DNA from: the human T2T-CHM13v2.0 reference genome, Homo sapiens
Direction: 5' to 3' (one strand)
Length of the DNA: 64,000 bases
Assembly (NCBI RefSeq): GCF_009914755.1
Contig: NC_060939.1
The translations under genes and the position numbers were made by a program. Below are positions 59,601 through 64,000 of this stretch, in pieces. The notes under the pieces are model-generated. The model was not told where the DNA came from. It did no database searches and saw only the letters and a program-made list of their open reading frames with translations. How positions within the stretch are numbered: position 1 is the first letter of the stretch; each line of letters starts with the position of its first letter.

Positions 59601-60539
59601 GTCCATTCTATATGATTCCATTCCATTCAAGTCCATTACATTTGGTTCAATTCCATTCCATTCGGTTCAATTCCATTCCATTCCATTCCCTTCCATTCCA
59701 TTCCAGTTGATATCAATCCATTCGATTCCATTCCATTCGAGCACATTCCATTCGAGTCCATTCCATTCGATGCCATTCCATTTGATTCTATTCCATTAGT
59801 CTCCATTCAATTCCATTAATCTCCATTCCATTCCATTCTACTCCAACTGATTCCATTCCATTCTATTCCTTTCCATTCCATTTCATTCCATTCCATTCCA
59901 TTCCATTCCATTCCATTCCATTCGTGTCCATTCCACTCCAGTCCATTCCATTCGTATCCATTCCATTCCAGTCCATTCCATTTGTGTCCACTGCATTCCA
60001 TTCCACTCCATTCCATATTATTCCATTACACTCCATTCCATTCTATTACTTTCATTTCCATTCAATTCCATTCCATTTGATTCCATTCCACTCGGTTTCA
60101 TTCCATTTGAGTCCACTCCATTCCATTCCATTCCATTCAGTTCCATTCCATTCTGTTCCATTCCATTCCGTTCCATTACATTCCATTCCATTCGGTACCA
60201 TTCCATATTGTTCCATTCGATTCCATTCGAATCCATTCCATTCCAGTCCATTCCATTCGATTCCATTCCATTCATTTCAATTCCATTCCATTCCATTCCA
60301 TTACATTCCACTTGATTCCTCTCCATTCCCTTCCACTGCATTCCGTTCGATTCCATTCCATTGCATTGCATTCCATTCCATTGGATTGCATTCCATTCGA
60401 TTCCATTCCATTCGAATCAATTACATAGCAATCCATTACATTCGAGTCTATTCTCTTCCGTTCCATTCGATTTCGTTCCAATCCATTCGATTCCATTCCA
60501 TTCGATTCCATTCCATACTATTGCATTCCATTCGATTAC

Positions 60540-61470
60540 ATTCTATTCGAATAAGTTCCATTCAAGACCATTTCTTTTGAGTCCGTTCTATTTGAGTCCA
60601 TTCCCTTTGATTCCATAACATTTGAGTCCATTCAATTCCATTCCTTTCGTTTCCATTCCATTTGATGCCATTCCATTCAATTCTGTTCTAGTCGACTCCA
60701 ATACACTCAATTCCATTCCATCCGATTCCATTACATTCTTTTCATTTCTTATCCATTTCAAGCCATTCCACTCCATTCCATTCCACTCGTTTCCTTTCCA
60801 TTCGAGTCCATTCCTCTCCAGTCCATTCCGTTCAATCCATTCCATTCCAGTCCATTCCATTCGAGTCCGTTCCATTCCAGTCCATTCCATTCGAGTCAAT
60901 TCCATTCCATTCGATGTCTTTCCATAACGATCCATTCCATTCTATTCCTTTCGATTCCATTCCATTCTATTTCATTCCATTCGATTCCCTTCCATTGGAC
61001 TCCTTTCCATTCGAGTGCATTCCATTCCTTTCCATTTCTTTCCGTTCTGTACGATTCCTACCGTTCGATTTCATTTTGTTCCAGTCCATTCCTTTCGCGT
61101 CCATTCCATTCCATTTCACTCCATTCGGTTCCATTCCACTCGATTCCACTTCGTTCCATTTCATTGCATTCCATTCTATTCAACTCTATTGCCTTCCATT
61201 CCATTCCATTCGATTACATTCCATGCGATTCCATTCGAAATCGAATCAATTACATTGCAATCCATTACTATTGAGTCCGTTTTATTCCAGTCCACTGCAT
61301 TCTGGTCCATTCCATTTGATTCCATTCCATTCTATTCCATTCCATACAGTTGCATTCCATTGGATTCCATGCTATATCTATAAATTCAATTCGAGACCAT
61401 TGCTTTTGAGTCCATTCTATATGATTCCATTCCATTCAAGTCCATTACATTTGGTTCAATTCCATTCCAT
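60540..61470 (+). repeat. SalI-marked direct repeat, right copy
   Basis: The same private variants occur at 60543, 60691 and 61128. Confidence 0.9.
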
Positions 61471-64000
61471 TCCATTCCCTTCCATTCCATTCCATTTGAT
61501 ATCAATCCATTCGATTCCATTCCATTCGAGCACATTCCATTCGAGTCCATTCCATTCGATGCCATTCCATTTGATTCTATTCCATTAGTCTCCATTCAAT
61601 TCCATTAATCTCCATTCCATTCCATTCTACTCCAACTGATTCCATTCCATTCTATTCCTTTCCATTCCATTTCATTCCATTCCATTCCATTTCATTCCAT
61701 TCCATTCCATTCGTGTCCATTCCACTCCAGTCCATTCCATTCGTGTCCATTCCATTCCAGTCCATTCCATTTGTGTCCACTGCATTCCATTCCACTCCAT
61801 TCCATATTATTCCATTACACTCCATTCCATTCTATTACTTTCATTTCCATTCAATTCCATTCCATTTGATTCCATTCCACTCGGTTTCATTCCATTTGAG
61901 TCCACTCCATTCCATTCCATTCCATTCCATTCAGTTCCATTCCATTCTGTTCCATTCCATTCCGTTCCATTACATTCCATTCCATTCGGTACCATTCCAT
62001 ATTGTTCCATTCGATTCCATTCGAATCCATTCCATTCCAGTCCATTCCATTCGATTCCATTCCATTCCTTTCAATTCCATTCCATTGCATTCCATTACAT
62101 TCCACTTGATTCCTCTCCATTCCCTTCCACTGCATTCCGTTCGATTCCATTCCATTGCATTGCATTCCATTCCATTGGATTGCATTCCATTCGATTCCAT
62201 TCCATTCGAAACAATTACATAGCAATCCATTACATTCGAGTCTATTCTCTTCCGTTCCATTCGATTTCGTTCCAATCCATTCGATTCCATTCCATTCGAT
62301 TCCATTCCATGCTATTGCATTCCATTCTATTACATTATATTCGAATAAGTTCCATTCAAGACCATTTCTTTTGAGTCCATTCTATTTGAGTCCATTCCCT
62401 TTGATTCCATAACATTTGAGTCCATTCAATTCCATTCCTTTCGTTTCCATTCCATTTGATGCCATTCCATTCAATTCTGTTCTACTCGACTCCAATACAT
62501 TCAATTCCATTCCATCCGATTCCATTACATTCTTTTCATTTCTTATCCATTTCAAGCCATTCCACTCCATTCCATTACACTCGTTTCCTTTCCATTCGTG
62601 TCCATTCCTCTCCAGTCCATTCCGTTCAATCCATTCCATTCCAGTCCATTCCATTCGAGTCCGTTCCATTCCAGTCCATTCCATTCGAGTCAATTCCATT
62701 CCATTCGATGTCTTTCCATAACGATCCATTCCATTCTATTCCTTTCGATTCCATTCCATTCTATTTCATTCCATTTGATTCCCTTCCATTGGACTCCTTT
62801 CCATTCGAGTGCATTCCATTCCGTTCCATTTCTTTCCGTTCTGTACGATTCCTACCGTTCGATTTCATTTTGTTCCAGTCCATTCCTTTCGCGTCCATTC
62901 CATTCCATTTCACTCCATTCGATTCCATTCCACTCGATTCCACTTCGTTCCATTTCATTGCATTCCATTCTATTCAACTCTATTGCCTTCCATTCCATTC
63001 CATTCGATTACATTCCATGCCATTCCATTCGAAATCGAATCAATTACATTGCAATCCATTACTATTGAGTCCGTTTTATTCCAGTCCACTGCATTCTGGT
63101 CCATTCCATTTGATTCCATTCCATTCTATTCCATTCCATACAGTTGCATTCCATTGGATTCCATGCTATATCTATAAATTCAATTCGAGACCATTGCTTT
63201 TGAGTCCATTCTATATGATTCCATTCCATTCAAGTCCATTACATTTGGTTCAATTCCATTCCATTCCATTCCCTTCCATTCCATTCCATTTGATATCAAT
63301 CCATTCGATTCCATTCCATTCGAGCACATTCCTTTCGAGTCCATTCCATTCGATGCCATTCCATTTGATTCTATTCCATTAGTCTCCATTCAATTCCATT
63401 AATCTCCATTCCATTCCATTCTATTCCAACTGATTCCATTCCATTCTATTCCTTTCCATTCCATTTCATTCCATTCCATTCCATTTCATTCCATTCCATT
63501 CCATTCGTGTCCATTCCACTCCAGTCCATTCCATTCGTGTCCATTCCATTCCAGTCCATTCCATTTGTGTCCACTGCATTCCATTCCACTCCATTCCATA
63601 TTATTCCATTACACTCCATTCCATTCTATTACTTTCATTTCCATTCAATTCCATTCCATTTGATTCCATTCCACTCGGTTTCATTCCATTTGAGTCCACT
63701 CCATTCCATTCCATTCCATTCCATTCAGTTCCATTCCATTCTGTTCCATTCCATTCCGTTCCATTACATTCCATTCCATTCGGTACCATTCCATATTGTT
63801 CCATTCGATTCCATTCGAATCCATTCCATTCCAGTCCATTCCATTCGATTCCATTCCATTCATTTCAATTCCATTCCATTCCATTCCATTACATTCCACT
63901 TGATTCCTCTCCATTCCCTTCCACTGCATTCCGTTCGATTCCATTCCATTGCATTGCATTCCATTCCATTGGATTGCATTCCATTCGATTCCATTCCATT

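Larger units (their letters stand above)
1..64000 (+). repeat. Satellite III (HSat3)-type array of diverged CATTC pentamers, CATTC on + strand throughout
   Basis: CCATT/CATTC dominates every line, with variants CGATT, CTATT, CAATT, GCATT, ACATT, CGAGT and CCAGT. Long runs of consecutive CATTC occur, and the HSat2 hallmark GATGAT was not seen. No strand switch or non-satellite insertion was seen. Confidence 0.98.
1..64000 (+). repeat. ~1.8 kb higher-order tandem repeat, ~35.6 copies
   Basis: The equivalent anchor (TTGAGTCCATTCAATTCC after CCATAACAT) recurs at 1281, 3089, 4882, 6661, 8439, 10213, 12026, 13834, 15612, 17416, 19200, 20998, 22772, 24575, 26369, 28183, 29977, 31771, 33580, 35354, 37182, 38990, 40798, 42592, 44366, 46169, 47978, 49772, 51586, 53389, 55192, 57006, 58814, 60622 and 62416. 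Mean spacing is (62416-1281)/34 = 1798 bp. Confidence 0.98.

Noticed and set aside
54-63959. Hundreds of ORFs up to 325 aa (SIPFH / MEWNG repeats)
   Set aside because: CATTC/GAATG repeats lack stop codons in all frames, so overlapping ORFs arise in every frame on both strands. They are frameshifted freely between units and the products are just the translated pentamer.
1-64000. CRISPR-like or other prokaryotic repeat system
   Set aside because: There are no unique spacers, leader or cas-like genes. The units are near-identical tandem copies.
1-64000. HSat2 (also has a ~1.8 kb unit) or DYZ1 (3.6 kb)
   Set aside because: No GATGAT-containing HSat2 motif was seen and long CATTC runs prevail. 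Adjacent 1.8 kb units are near-identical, with no consistent 2-unit alternation.
1-64000. Inversions or Alu/L1 insertions
   Set aside because: No GGAAT-strand segment, poly(A) tail or non-satellite sequence was seen on reading the window.

Overview
The whole 64 kb window is one uninterrupted, single-orientation array of (CATTC)n/(GAATG)n classical satellite (human satellite III type). It holds about 35.6 head-to-tail copies of a ~1.8 kb higher-order unit (spacings 1774-1828 bp, mean ~1798 bp). Each unit normally carries one KpnI and one EcoRV site, which fits the chromosome 15 short-arm D15Z1 / HSat3A5 family; that assignment is from recall, not a search. I found no genes, RNA genes, transposons or CRISPR arrays, and every listed ORF is a translation artefact of the pentamer. 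I see no novel protein-coding system. The interesting content is architectural. (1) The 1.8 kb unit is itself an old diverged dimer of ~0.9 kb halves. (2) Two or three unit subtypes are arranged in blocks. (3) Multi-kb cryptic duplications sit 11, 12 and 14 units apart. (4) A 6-unit block is flanked by a direct repeat of private variants. (5) Indels are quantised to 5, 15 or 20 bp and concentrated in one slippage hotspot.
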